IMG/VR virus record: IMGVR_UViG_3300032235_000467
DNA: 64,000 nt
Strand: one strand, 5' to 3'
From: a virus
In this document: positions 49,031 through 59,100 of the stretch, one piece after another
How positions within the stretch are numbered: the first letter of the stretch is position 1
Layout: every line of letters starts with the position of its first letter
Position numbers and translations under genes: made by a program
Notes under the pieces: model-generated
The model's database searches: none
Told to the model about the DNA's origin: nothing
Seen by the model: only the letters and a program-made list of their open reading frames with translations

Positions 49031-50053
49031 ATGAACACAAACTTGCTTAAAGAAGCAATCGCAGAAGCGGATGCTATCAAAAAAATGGCTATTGAAAACG
49101 CAAAGTCTAGTCTGAACGAAGCTTTTGACTCTAAAATCAAATCTATGATGGCAGCACGTCTTGAAGAAGAAGCTGAAGATTTTGATCTTGAAGAAGAGTA
49201 CGAAGAAGGATATGAAGACGATCAAGACGAAGCTAAACATGCTGAACCAGATGGTGACGAACCAGATGGCGATGAAGAGCCAATGAAAGAAAAGTATGAT
49301 GATGAAGAAGAAGAAGGAGCTGATGAAGCTTTTAATCTTGAGGCTATTCTAGCAGAACTCGAAGCCGGAGATGATAAAGATAAAGTGATGGAAAAGAAAG
49401 GTGAAGACGATGATGATGCTGAAGAAGAAGAAGATGACGAGCCTGCTAAAGAAGAAGAGCCTATGGATGAAGAAATCGATATTGCTGCACTTCTTGCTGA
49501 AATGGAAGATGGTGAAGATGATATGGATCCTGAAATAAAAGAAGAAAAAGATCCTGAAGAAGATGACAAAGACGAAGTTGCAACTCTTGAAGAAGAGATG
49601 ATGAGTCTTCTGGAAAAAATGAAGGAAAAGAAAATGGCTAAAATGAAGAAAAAAGAAGAAGACGAAAAGCCTGAATCTAAAGAACTTCAAGAAATCAAGC
49701 GTCAAGCTGCTGAGTTAGCTCAAAAGGTTAACGAAACCAATTTGATCAACGCCAAACTTCTTTATCTGAATAAAATTCTTCGCAAGTACAACTTGTCAGA
49801 ACAACAAAAGATTAAGGTTATCGGTGCTTTTGACAAAGCTCAAACTGTTAATGAATCAAAGATCGTTCACGAATCATTGGATCAAGCATTCAGTGTTAAA
49901 AACGATAACGTTAAATCCGGTCTTAAAGAATCTATCGGTTTCGCTTCTAGCGCAGCTGGTACTTCAACAAAGCGTGTTATAAATGAAGGCGTAGTTAGCG
50001 ATGTTGACAAACAAGTGTCAAGGTGGCAAAAACTTGCTGGTATAATCAAGTAA
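49031..50053 (+). CDS. prohead scaffold protein (gp22-like; start revised from 48968 to 49031)
   Basis: Highly acidic coiled coil between protease and capsid; LLKEAIAEA start; C-terminal RWQKLAGIIK. Confidence 0.88.
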   Translation: MNTNLLKEAIAEADAIKKMAIENAKSSLNEAFDSKIKSMMAARLEEEAEDFDLEEEYEEGYEDDQDEAKHAEPDGDEPDGDEEPMKEKYDDEEEEGADEAFNLEAILAELEAGDDKDKVMEKKGEDDDDAEEEEDDEPAKEEEPMDEEIDIAALLAEMEDGEDDMDPEIKEEKDPEEDDKDEVATLEEEMMSLLEKMKEKKMAKMKKKEEDEKPESKELQEIKRQAAELAQKVNETNLINAKLLYLNKILRKYNLSEQQKIKVIGAFDKAQTVNESKIVHESLDQAFSVKNDNVKSGLKESIGFASSAAGTSTKRVINEGVVSDVDKQVSRWQKLAGIIK

Positions 50054-50081
50054 TTTAAAAAACAAAAATAAAAATTAGAAA

Positions 50082-51713
50082 ATGAACGTACAATCTCTCT
50101 TAGAAAGTTCTAACCCCTACGCTTCCCAAATGACGGAAGCCCAAAGGTTGGTTAAGAAGTGGGGTGAAACTGGCCTTTTGGAAGGTAATGACCTTGCAAA
50201 GCAAGCATACGGTAAAGAGCGTATGGCTATCATCCTTGAAAACCAAGCTAAACAGCTTATGGTTGAGCAATCTCAAACTGGTACTGGTGGTACTTTTACC
50301 GTAGGTGCTGGTGAACAATGGGCTGGTGTAGCTCTTCCGCTCGTGCGTAAGATCTTCGCTGACATTTCTGCTAAAGAATTTGTTAGTGTACAGCCTATGA
50401 CCCTCCCTGCTGGTCTTGTATTCTTCCTTGAATTCAAGTATGGCAAAAACATCCCAGGTACTCCACAGCAAAATCGTTTTAGCGTTGGTGACAGCATGTA
50501 TGGAACAACCAATGTGAAAGATGTTGATCCTTCTGGTGGTTTGTATGGTGCTGGTCGCTTTGGTTATTCAATTAACGAAGCTTCTGCATCTATTACTTAC
50601 ACTATTACTAGTGCATCTGCTGCTGACGTGAATTTTAATTCACTATATAGTGCATCTGCTGCTGCTGGTCAATTGCGTAAGTTGTCTTTTGTTAATGCAT
50701 CTGTTACTGCATCTGGCATGGATACTAATGGTGTTCGTGGATTTATTGTAACTGGTAGCGGTGTTAACGAGTCTAACTTGTTTGCTGAGTTTACTTCTTA
50801 CAATGCTTCTTCAAATATCCTTTCTTTTGTAGTTAGTGGTTCTGCTGGACAGCTTGCTCTTGGAAGTGGTTCTGCTTTCCTTTTCTATCAAAAGCAACCT
50901 GCTGATAACAGCCGTGGTGACTTTGAAGATGCAGCATCTACTCCATTGACTGGTTCTAACTCAATCCCTGAGATCAACGTAGAAATGCGTTCTGAGGCAG
51001 TTGTTGCTAAAACTAGGAAATTAAAAGCTAAGTGGACTCCAGAATTTAGTCAAGATTTGAATGCATACCAATCTTTGGATGCTGAAGCTGAATTGACTTC
51101 AACTCTGTCTGAGTACATTTCTCTTGAAATCGACCTTGAGATCATCGACATGTTGATCCAAAATGCAAACACTACTGAATACTGGTCTGCTGCGAACAAT
51201 ACGTTCTACAATAAGGCAACTGGTGTTTGGAGCGCTCCTACAACTGGATTCTACAATACACAAGGTGGCTGGTTTGCTACATTGGGTACTAAGATCCAAA
51301 GCGTAGCTCGTACTATTCACAAGAAAACTCTCCGTGGTCAAGCTAACGTAATCATGTGCGGACCTTCTATCGCTACAATCATCGAATCTATCCCTGGCTA
51401 TGCCGCTGATACCGATGGTAGCAAAGAAGAATTTGCAATGGGTTCACACAAAGCTGGTCAGTTGAACAGTCGTTACAAAGTGTATGTTAACCCATACATG
51501 AATGAGAACACTCTTCTTTTGGCTTATAAAGGTAGCCAGTTCCTTGAAACAGGTGCTGTGTTTGCTCCTTATATTCCATTGATCATGACTCCTTTGTTGT
51601 ACGATCCAGAAACTTTCACTCCAAGGAAAGGTCTGATGACTAGGTATGCTAAGAAAATGTTGCGTGCTGAATTCTTCGGAAAGATAGCCGTAGCTGATTT
51701 GAACACTATCTAA
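50082..51713 (+). CDS. major capsid protein (gp23-like)
   Basis: VSVQPMTLPAGLVF, KTRKLKAKWTPEFSQDL, SLEIDLEII, AVFAPYIPL, FTPRKGLMTRYA. Confidence 0.97.
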   Translation: MNVQSLLESSNPYASQMTEAQRLVKKWGETGLLEGNDLAKQAYGKERMAIILENQAKQLMVEQSQTGTGGTFTVGAGEQWAGVALPLVRKIFADISAKEFVSVQPMTLPAGLVFFLEFKYGKNIPGTPQQNRFSVGDSMYGTTNVKDVDPSGGLYGAGRFGYSINEASASITYTITSASAADVNFNSLYSASAAAGQLRKLSFVNASVTASGMDTNGVRGFIVTGSGVNESNLFAEFTSYNASSNILSFVVSGSAGQLALGSGSAFLFYQKQPADNSRGDFEDAASTPLTGSNSIPEINVEMRSEAVVAKTRKLKAKWTPEFSQDLNAYQSLDAEAELTSTLSEYISLEIDLEIIDMLIQNANTTEYWSAANNTFYNKATGVWSAPTTGFYNTQGGWFATLGTKIQSVARTIHKKTLRGQANVIMCGPSIATIIESIPGYAADTDGSKEEFAMGSHKAGQLNSRYKVYVNPYMNENTLLLAYKGSQFLETGAVFAPYIPLIMTPLLYDPETFTPRKGLMTRYAKKMLRAEFFGKIAVADLNTI

Positions 51714-51733
51714 TCAGATGAGGAAATAAAATG

Positions 51734-51761
51734 AAAGAGCCGGGTTTATCCCGGCTTTTTT
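51734..51761 (+). terminator. intrinsic terminator after major capsid gene
   Basis: AGCCGGG-TTTAT-CCCGGCT followed by a T run. Confidence 0.88.
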
Positions 51762-51773
51762 ATTATTACAATC

Positions 51774-51781
51774 TATTTATA
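51774..51781 (+). promoter_or_regulatory. putative late promoter TATTTATA
   Basis: Immediately after the terminator, 12 nt before ATG 51794. Confidence 0.65.
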
Positions 51782-51793
51782 TAAAACTAGTTT

Positions 51794-52483
51794 ATGTCAT
51801 CAAATCATCACAAAGATCCCGTGTTTCAACAAAAAAAAATTCCTAAAAACCCAATCAAGTTTCAATTATCATTAAATGATGAACAGAAGGTTGCAAAAGA
51901 AAAGATAATAAACAGTGATATAGCTGTTATTAGAGGTAAAGCAGGTAGCGGTAAGTCGCTATTAGCAGCTCAAATAGCACTAGATATGTTGTTTAAAAAG
52001 GAAGTAGAGAAGATAATAATAGCCAGGCCTGCTATCACAGCTGGTGAACAGATTGGATTCTTACCTGGTACGAAAGATGAAAAGATGGCACCCTTTACTG
52101 CACCGGTATATGATAACATGTACAGGCTTACAGGTAAAGAAAAGATAGAAAAACTAGTAATGGAGGGAGAGATTGAGATTATCCCAGTAGGATTTCTTAG
52201 AGGATTCAACTTTAGTAACTGTATAGTTATTATTGATGAGGCACAAAACTGTTCTGAGAATCAATTAGAGTTGATTATGGGACGTTTGTGCATAGGATCT
52301 AAGATTATCATATGCGGAGATAGCGCACAGATAGATCTTAAGAGTAAGAAAGACTCAGGGTTTGACTTTATATGCAAACATATGAAAGACATCCCAGGAT
52401 TTAATATAATAACCCTACAAACCAACCATAGGCACCCTATAGTAGAGCCTATGCTGGCCGTATTTGAACAATACAGGAGTTAG
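51794..52483 (+). CDS. phoH: PhoH-family ATPase
   Basis: GKAGSGKS, IIIARP, GFLPG, FLRG, IIDEAQN, CGDSAQID, HRHP. Confidence 0.92.
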   Translation: MSSNHHKDPVFQQKKIPKNPIKFQLSLNDEQKVAKEKIINSDIAVIRGKAGSGKSLLAAQIALDMLFKKEVEKIIIARPAITAGEQIGFLPGTKDEKMAPFTAPVYDNMYRLTGKEKIEKLVMEGEIEIIPVGFLRGFNFSNCIVIIDEAQNCSENQLELIMGRLCIGSKIIICGDSAQIDLKSKKDSGFDFICKHMKDIPGFNIITLQTNHRHPIVEPMLAVFEQYRS

Positions 52484-52486
52484 CGA

Positions 52487-52500
52487 TATTTATATTTATA
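52487..52500 (+). promoter_or_regulatory. tandem putative late promoter (TATTTATA x2, overlapping)
   Basis: TATTTATATTTATA before ATG 52512. Confidence 0.6.
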
Positions 52501-52511
52501 AAGAATCATAA

Positions 52512-53735
52512 ATGGCAGGCCAAGTAGAAATACAGTATTACGACGCATCTATACCATTATTGCCAGTATCTGGTAATACACCTTTTGGGTACTATGATAG
52601 TGACCCACAATTTCAAGCAGATGGTCCAAAATTTGTAAAATTTGCATCTAGGAGATTAGGGTATCCTATCATGGAGATAGAGTTGCAGGATATTAACTTC
52701 TATTCTGCATTAGAGGATGCTGTATCTGCTTATGGTAAAGAGCTTTATGAATATAAGATTAGAGAAAACTACCTATCAATGGAGGGAAATCCTACCGGTA
52801 GTAATCTTAATAATGCTTTAATTCAACCGAACTTTACAAACGTAATGAGAATAGCTGCCGACTATGGCAGTGAAGTCGGTAGCGGAGGTAATGTACCTTA
52901 CTACACAGGTTCCATAAAATTGAGTGCAGGAGAACAGAAATATGACCTTAATGCATGGGCTAGCTCATCAGGAGTAGTACTTCCAGGGGATCAAATAGAC
53001 ATAAAAAGAATATTTTATGAAGCCCCACCAGCTATTGTAAGGTATTTTGACCCTTATGCAGGAACTGGAACTGGTCTTCAATCATTAATGGAAACTTTTG
53101 GGTTTGGTCAATTTTCACCTGGTATTAATTTTATGTTGATGCCTGTTTATTTTGATGTTCTTAAAATCCAAGCGATTGAATTTAATGATCAAATTAGAAA
53201 ATCAGCGTACACATTTGAAATACAAAACAATCAATTAAAAATATTTCCAATACCTACTTTTGATAAGAATCTCTATTTTACCTATGTGAAAAAATCTGAG
53301 ATGGGATCTTTGATTAGAGGAGGAGTTGCTGTCTCTGGATCCTCTAGTACAACAGTTACTACTATAGGTACAGGTCCTGGAAGCACAAATGTTATTACAA
53401 ATGTTAGCAACGTTCCATTTCGTAATATTGTATATAGTCAAATTAACGATATATTCAAAAAATGGATATTTGATTACGCTCTGGCAATAACTAAAGAAAC
53501 ATTAGGAAATATCAGAGGAGTATATAGTCAGATACCTGTTCCTGGAGCTGAAGTTACTATAAATGGACAGACTCTCATAGATCAAGCAAACAGTGAAAAA
53601 ACTGCTTTGGTTGAACAACTAAGAGGTACTTTAGATGATACATCACGTCAAAAGCAAATGGAGAAAAAATCCCAAGAAGCTGCTATGATGCGTGATACAT
53701 TTATTAATTTCCCAATGCCAATATACATAGCATAA
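52512..53735 (+). CDS. neck/head-tail adaptor protein (gp13-like)
   Basis: RRLGYPIMEIEL; WIFDYALAITKETLGNIRG..IPVPGAEVTING. Confidence 0.85.
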   Translation: MAGQVEIQYYDASIPLLPVSGNTPFGYYDSDPQFQADGPKFVKFASRRLGYPIMEIELQDINFYSALEDAVSAYGKELYEYKIRENYLSMEGNPTGSNLNNALIQPNFTNVMRIAADYGSEVGSGGNVPYYTGSIKLSAGEQKYDLNAWASSSGVVLPGDQIDIKRIFYEAPPAIVRYFDPYAGTGTGLQSLMETFGFGQFSPGINFMLMPVYFDVLKIQAIEFNDQIRKSAYTFEIQNNQLKIFPIPTFDKNLYFTYVKKSEMGSLIRGGVAVSGSSSTTVTTIGTGPGSTNVITNVSNVPFRNIVYSQINDIFKKWIFDYALAITKETLGNIRGVYSQIPVPGAEVTINGQTLIDQANSEKTALVEQLRGTLDDTSRQKQMEKKSQEAAMMRDTFINFPMPIYIA

Positions 53736-54124
53736 TGGTAAAATTAATCGACATATTAATTGAGGCTAGGTTTGATAAAAAAGAATCTATAAAGAAAACC
53801 TATCACACTTATTCTTGTGTATTTCTAGTAAAGTTTAAAAAGAAATTTAATAGAGTACAAGCAGTAGAAAGAGTAAGGGGTATTAAAACTGTAACTATTG
53901 TAGATCTAAGAGGTGACGAAAGATTAGATAAAATTAATAGGACTCTCACAGACTATGAATATAGTACAATAGAAGTTAAATTTATCACCAATAAAGATCC
54001 TAAAAACCATTTAGAATATATTAAAAAAGCTATGGTTGGTTCTGATAAAAAACAAGGTATTGATAATATTGTTGGAATAGTTGCGGCTAAACCTAAGTTA
54101 GATACTTTAATACAACTAGATTAA
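53735..54124 (+). CDS. hypothetical protein with capsid-targeting-like leader
   Basis: MVKLIDILIEA; TAATG-coupled between the neck genes. Confidence 0.7.
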   Translation: MVKLIDILIEARFDKKESIKKTYHTYSCVFLVKFKKKFNRVQAVERVRGIKTVTIVDLRGDERLDKINRTLTDYEYSTIEVKFITNKDPKNHLEYIKKAMVGSDKKQGIDNIVGIVAAKPKLDTLIQLD

Positions 54125-54612
54125 TGGCACTATACGGCGGCATACGAGCAAGATCCTTTTTCAGACATCACAGCAGACAAATCGTAAATAGGATTGTTGC
54201 TGAGGAGGTACTTTATTATAAGCTGTCTTTGTCCGAAACAAGGTATAATATATACGGGGAATCTAAAAATAAAATGTATGAACAACCTATTTTAATAGCT
54301 TGTTTTTACGCAGTAGATGATCAAGTATCAGAAGACCAAACTTTTGGTAAATCTATAGCACAAACAGCAGAATTTAGATTTTTAAGAGAGGATTTAATAG
54401 ACATAAATCTAATTATGGAGCCAGGGGATATAGTATGTCTCAAAGAATCTTACTACGAAGTAGATCTTGTAGTAGAAAATCAATTTATTATGGGCAAGAA
54501 CCCAGAATATTCTCTTGAATCTGATTTGGAAAAGTACGGTGAGTCTTGGTCTATAAAATGTAAATCTCATCTTACCGGTGTAAATAAATTAAATCTTATA
54601 AAAACTACATAA
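54124..54612 (+). CDS. neck/head-closure protein (gp14-like)
   Basis: VLYYKL...NIYGES..K...EPGDIV...YYEV; position after gp13-like gene. Confidence 0.75.
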   Translation: MALYGGIRARSFFRHHSRQIVNRIVAEEVLYYKLSLSETRYNIYGESKNKMYEQPILIACFYAVDDQVSEDQTFGKSIAQTAEFRFLREDLIDINLIMEPGDIVCLKESYYEVDLVVENQFIMGKNPEYSLESDLEKYGESWSIKCKSHLTGVNKLNLIKTT

Positions 54613-54614
54613 AA

Positions 54615-55874
54615 GTGCCTCTACAAAAACGCGTCATAAAGAATAGACCAAAAACTGAGGCTGAGATACTCAATTCTCAGATAGATCCTTATATAGAAAC
54701 TAGCAGTAAGCCATCTATACAGGATTATAAGAGAGGTGAGGATAATTCTTTACGTGGTGAAGAGATAAAAAACATATCTGTAGGTCTTGAAGATATTGAT
54801 AGTGCTATATTATACTACTTTGATGAAGTAATAAAGCCATATGTAATAAACGAAGGATCTAAGCAAAATATTCCTGTGATATTTGCCGATGCTGAGAGAT
54901 GGAAAACAGCTCAAAAAGATGGCGTTTACAGGGATAAAGACGGTAAGATTATGTTACCTATAATAACTGTAAAAAGAGACAATCTAGAGCGCAATAGATC
55001 TCTTACAACAAAGCTTGATGGCAACAAAGTAAACATATATCAGAATTACGAGAAGAGGTATACTAGAAAAAATCAATATGATAATTTCTCAGTGCTAACA
55101 AACAGAGCCCCAGTAAGAGAATTTTATAATGTAGTGGTTCCAGACTACTATACACTGACGTATAGCTGTAACATATATGTATCTTTCTATGAAGATTTGA
55201 ATAAAATAATAGAAGCTATAGGATTTAGATCAGATGCTTATTGGGGATATCCTGGTAAATTTTTATTCAAAGCAAGAATTGATAACTTCCCTATCACAAA
55301 TGAGATAACAGAGGGGGCAGATAGGCGCTTTTTAAGTACCTTTACTCTTGTAATGAATGGGTACCTCACTCCAAACAATATAGACAAGTTTTTAGCCTCT
55401 GATGCGTTTAAATATAGATCTAAAACGCAGATATTATTTACCATGGAAGCATCAGGACAGAACGTAGAAGACGTAAGATACTCTACAGGAACTTCCAAAC
55501 CTTCAGTTGCTAAAACATCGTACATACCAGAGGGAGTAAATGTGACAAATACAAATCAAATAAATGTATTAGATATAGCTACAATAGCATATTTAAATGC
55601 ATCTACAACAATTAAAGGAAGTGATTCTTTAGTTACTTCAAATACTGTAACATTCTTAAATACTACAATATTACAACCGCCTGCATCATCTCAACTACCT
55701 CCTACATCCGTTAATGACTTTAAATTTTTTGTCAATGGAGTATTTGTAGATGCTACAAACATAATATCGTTCGTTCAATCAGGAGCAAATACAGTACTTA
55801 CAGTAAATACGGCAACTTTAGGATATACATTTGATAGTGCAGATGAAATAATAGCAGTAGGTAAATTTGAATAA
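54615..55874 (+). CDS. tail terminator/sheath stabiliser (gp15-like) with C-terminal extension
   Basis: IPVIFADAERW...IMLPIITVKR...VPDYYTLTY...NKIIEAI. Confidence 0.7.
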   Translation: MPLQKRVIKNRPKTEAEILNSQIDPYIETSSKPSIQDYKRGEDNSLRGEEIKNISVGLEDIDSAILYYFDEVIKPYVINEGSKQNIPVIFADAERWKTAQKDGVYRDKDGKIMLPIITVKRDNLERNRSLTTKLDGNKVNIYQNYEKRYTRKNQYDNFSVLTNRAPVREFYNVVVPDYYTLTYSCNIYVSFYEDLNKIIEAIGFRSDAYWGYPGKFLFKARIDNFPITNEITEGADRRFLSTFTLVMNGYLTPNNIDKFLASDAFKYRSKTQILFTMEASGQNVEDVRYSTGTSKPSVAKTSYIPEGVNVTNTNQINVLDIATIAYLNASTTIKGSDSLVTSNTVTFLNTTILQPPASSQLPPTSVNDFKFFVNGVFVDATNIISFVQSGANTVLTVNTATLGYTFDSADEIIAVGKFE

Positions 55875-55876
55875 CT

Positions 55877-56110
55877 ATGTCATTAATTAGATCAAAGCAG
55901 CTTAGTAAAAATATGACTGGAGACTTTACGTTTTCCGGTAAAACAACCTTTGTACAAACTTCTTCTACACAACCTGCAGTAGTTATAAGCGGTTCTCAAG
56001 AAGTGGTTCCAACATCTATATACTCTGGATCTATATACATAGCAGGACTAGGAACCTTTGCTGATACAGGAAGCAATGAAGTTATTGATCTTGGAGATAA
56101 TTCTTTTTAG
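55877..56110 (+). CDS. small virion-associated protein
   Basis: MSLIRSKQL start; SGS/TGS motifs; IDLG near C-terminus. Confidence 0.65.
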   Translation: MSLIRSKQLSKNMTGDFTFSGKTTFVQTSSTQPAVVISGSQEVVPTSIYSGSIYIAGLGTFADTGSNEVIDLGDNSF

Positions 56111-56120
56111 GTATAATTGA

Positions 56121-56128
56121 TATTTATA
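56121..56128 (+). promoter_or_regulatory. putative late promoter TATTTATA
   Basis: Intergenic, before ATG 56165. Confidence 0.6.
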
Positions 56129-56164
56129 TCTAACAGAGATTACAACAAAAAATTAAAAGCATAA

Positions 56165-59100
56165 ATGGCTACTTGGCTCCAGATAAATCCTCAGGATGGA
56201 AATGCTACATATAATAATGTTACGGTATACAATACGATCGTAGCTAACTCTATTAGTGGTTCTTTTACTGGGTCTTTTAATGAAAATGATCCTATATTTA
56301 CTGAAAAGTCTGCATCATTAGCCACCACAGGCTCTAATATTTTTATCGGTAATCAAACTATCACTGGATCTTTAATATCATCTGGAGCTGTATATTTCCC
56401 AGCAATAACTAATGCCTCTCAATCCGGAATAGTAGTAGTTGACCCAGCAACAGGACAGTTATATTATACTACAGGATCAATTACAGGAGGTGCTTCAGGA
56501 TCAATGGGACCTTCAGGATCTTCTGGTACTAGTGGTACTGCAGGTAGCAGTGGCACATCAGGAACATCTGGTATTACCGGTGATAGGTATTTAACCAGTT
56601 CTACAAGTTCTATAACATTAGGATTAAGTGGTAGTATTACTGTAGGTACAAATTTAGCTTATTCAACGGCCCAGACTGCAATAATAGCATACGATCTCAC
56701 CAATTACCAGGAAGTACCTGTAATATCATATAATCCTTCTACCGGAGTGTTAGTATATGGCACACCAATTACTGTCGTAGGAAGTGGAACATACTCAACT
56801 TGGCAAGTAAACCTATCGGGAGCTAGTGGAGGAGATGGATCCTCTGGAACTTCTGGATCATCAGGTAACAGCGGTACTTCAGGATCCTCAGGAAGTAGTG
56901 GATCTACAGGAACTTCTGGATCTACAGGTACTAGCGGTTCATCTGGCTCTACTGGATCTTCAGGATCTAGCGGTACTTCAGGTACCTCTGGAACTAGTGG
57001 ATCAACTGGTACTTCAGGTTCTACTGGAACTAGCGGAAGTTCAGGTTCTACTGGAACGTCAGGCACTTCTGGGTCAAGCGGTACATCAGGAACAACTGGA
57101 TCATCGGGCAGCGCAGGATCCTCTGGTACTAGCGGTACTGCTGGATCAAGTGGAAGTTCAGGTTCTTCCGGATCTACAGGATCTTCAGGATCTACAGGAA
57201 CAAGTGGCTCTTCAGGTACATCAGGTACTAGTGGCACCTCAGGAACTTCAGGATCTAGTGGATCCTCTGGAAGTGCTGGAACTAGTGGTACAAGCGGATC
57301 TTCTGGATCTACAGGTAGTAGTGGATCTACGGGCACATCTGGATCAACTGGTACATCTGGTAGTACAGGAACTAGCGGAACAGCAGGGTCTTCTGGATCA
57401 ACCGGTTCATCCGGTAGTAGTGGGTCATCCGGTAGTAGCGGTTCTTCGGGTTCTACTGGATCTTCTGGATCAAGTGGTACTGGGTTCAATACTATCAACA
57501 GTCCAGCTATAGGGAGAATTTTATTAGCAGACAACTCAACTAATGCAGCTACTGCATCTGTGAGTATGAGTTTTAATAATGGAATTCTTTTATTAACTGG
57601 AAGTATTATCGCTACAGGTAATATCCAAGCTAATACTCTTATAGTACAGACCATAACTTCTTCAGTAGTATACTCTAGCGGATCTAATATATTTGGTAAT
57701 GCATTAACAAATACCCACCAGTTTACTGGTTCAGTATTAGTAACGGGTTCTTTATCCATAAGAGATTTAGCCTTAAGTAGTAGCGCTACTAGATATGTAG
57801 TATCAGATCTTGATGGTAGATTATTTTATACTACTGCAAGCGCAGCAGGATCCTCAGGAACTGCTGGTACTAGCGGTACTTCTGGCTCCTCAGGTTCTTC
57901 AGGGTCTAGCGGCAGTGCTGGGTCTAGCGGATCCTCAGGAACTGCTGGTACTAGCGGTACTTCTGGTTCAACAGGTTCTTCAGGATCTACAGGTTCATCA
58001 GGTAGTAGCGGTTCTTCCGGTTCAACTGGCTCCTCTGGTTCTAGTGGAACTTCCGGAACAAGTGGCACAGCAGGATCAACTGGCTCATCAGGTAGTTCTG
58101 GTTCTACAGGTACTTCTGGATCAGCTGGTTCATCTGGTAGTAGCGGCTCTTCCGGTAGTAGTGGGTCCTCAGGTAGTACTGGTTCATCTGGTAGTACAGG
58201 AACTAGTGGATCGTCTGGTTCTACAGGATCAAGTGGATCTTCTGGTACAGCTGGTACATCCGGTTCTACAGGTTCATCAGGTTCTAGTGGAACTTCCGGC
58301 ACAGCTGGCACTAGCGGTACAACTGGTACTTCAGGTTCAACAGGAACTAGTGGTTCTACAGGAACTTCAGGATCATCAGGTAGTTCCGGCTCTTCAGGAT
58401 CTTCTGGAAGCACAGGATCATCAGGCACTAGCGGTACAACTGGATCATCTGGTTCATCTGGTTCGACAGGAACTAGTGGCTCGTCAGGTTCTTCAGGTAG
58501 TGCTGGCTCTTCAGGTTCTACAGGAACAAGCGGAACATCTGGTACTGGATTCAATACTATCAATAGCCCAGCTATAGGAAGGATATTATTAGCTGATAAT
58601 AGTACTAATGCTGCAACAGCATCAGTTAGTATGAGCTTTAATAATGGTACTTTATTGATTACAGGAAGTATTACTGCTACAGGTAATATCCAAGCTAATA
58701 CACTAATAGTACAGACTGTATCATCCTCAGTAGTATATTCTAGCGGCTCTAATATATTTGGTAATAACTTATCAAACACCCATCAATTTACCGGAAGTGT
58801 TCAAGTTACAGGTTCAGTATCTATAAAAAACTTAAGCCTTAATTCTGGCTTATCTCAATTTGTAGTGGTAGACCCTGTTACCGGTCAATTGTATTATAAT
58901 AATTCAGGAGCAGCTGGTTCATCAGGCTCTAGCGGATCTTCCGGTACTTCAGGTTCTACAGGAACATCTGGCAGCTCAGGTTCAACTGGTACTTCTGGTT
59001 CTACTGGTACATCCGGTACGTCAGGTTCAACAGGATCTTCTGGATCAACCGGATCCTCCGGCTCATCTGGATCAACTGGCTCTTCTGGTAGCACTGGTAC

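Noticed and set aside
48995-49705. Ser-rich and Phe-rich minus-strand ORFs
   Set aside because: Antisense shadows of the Glu/Asp-rich scaffold gene
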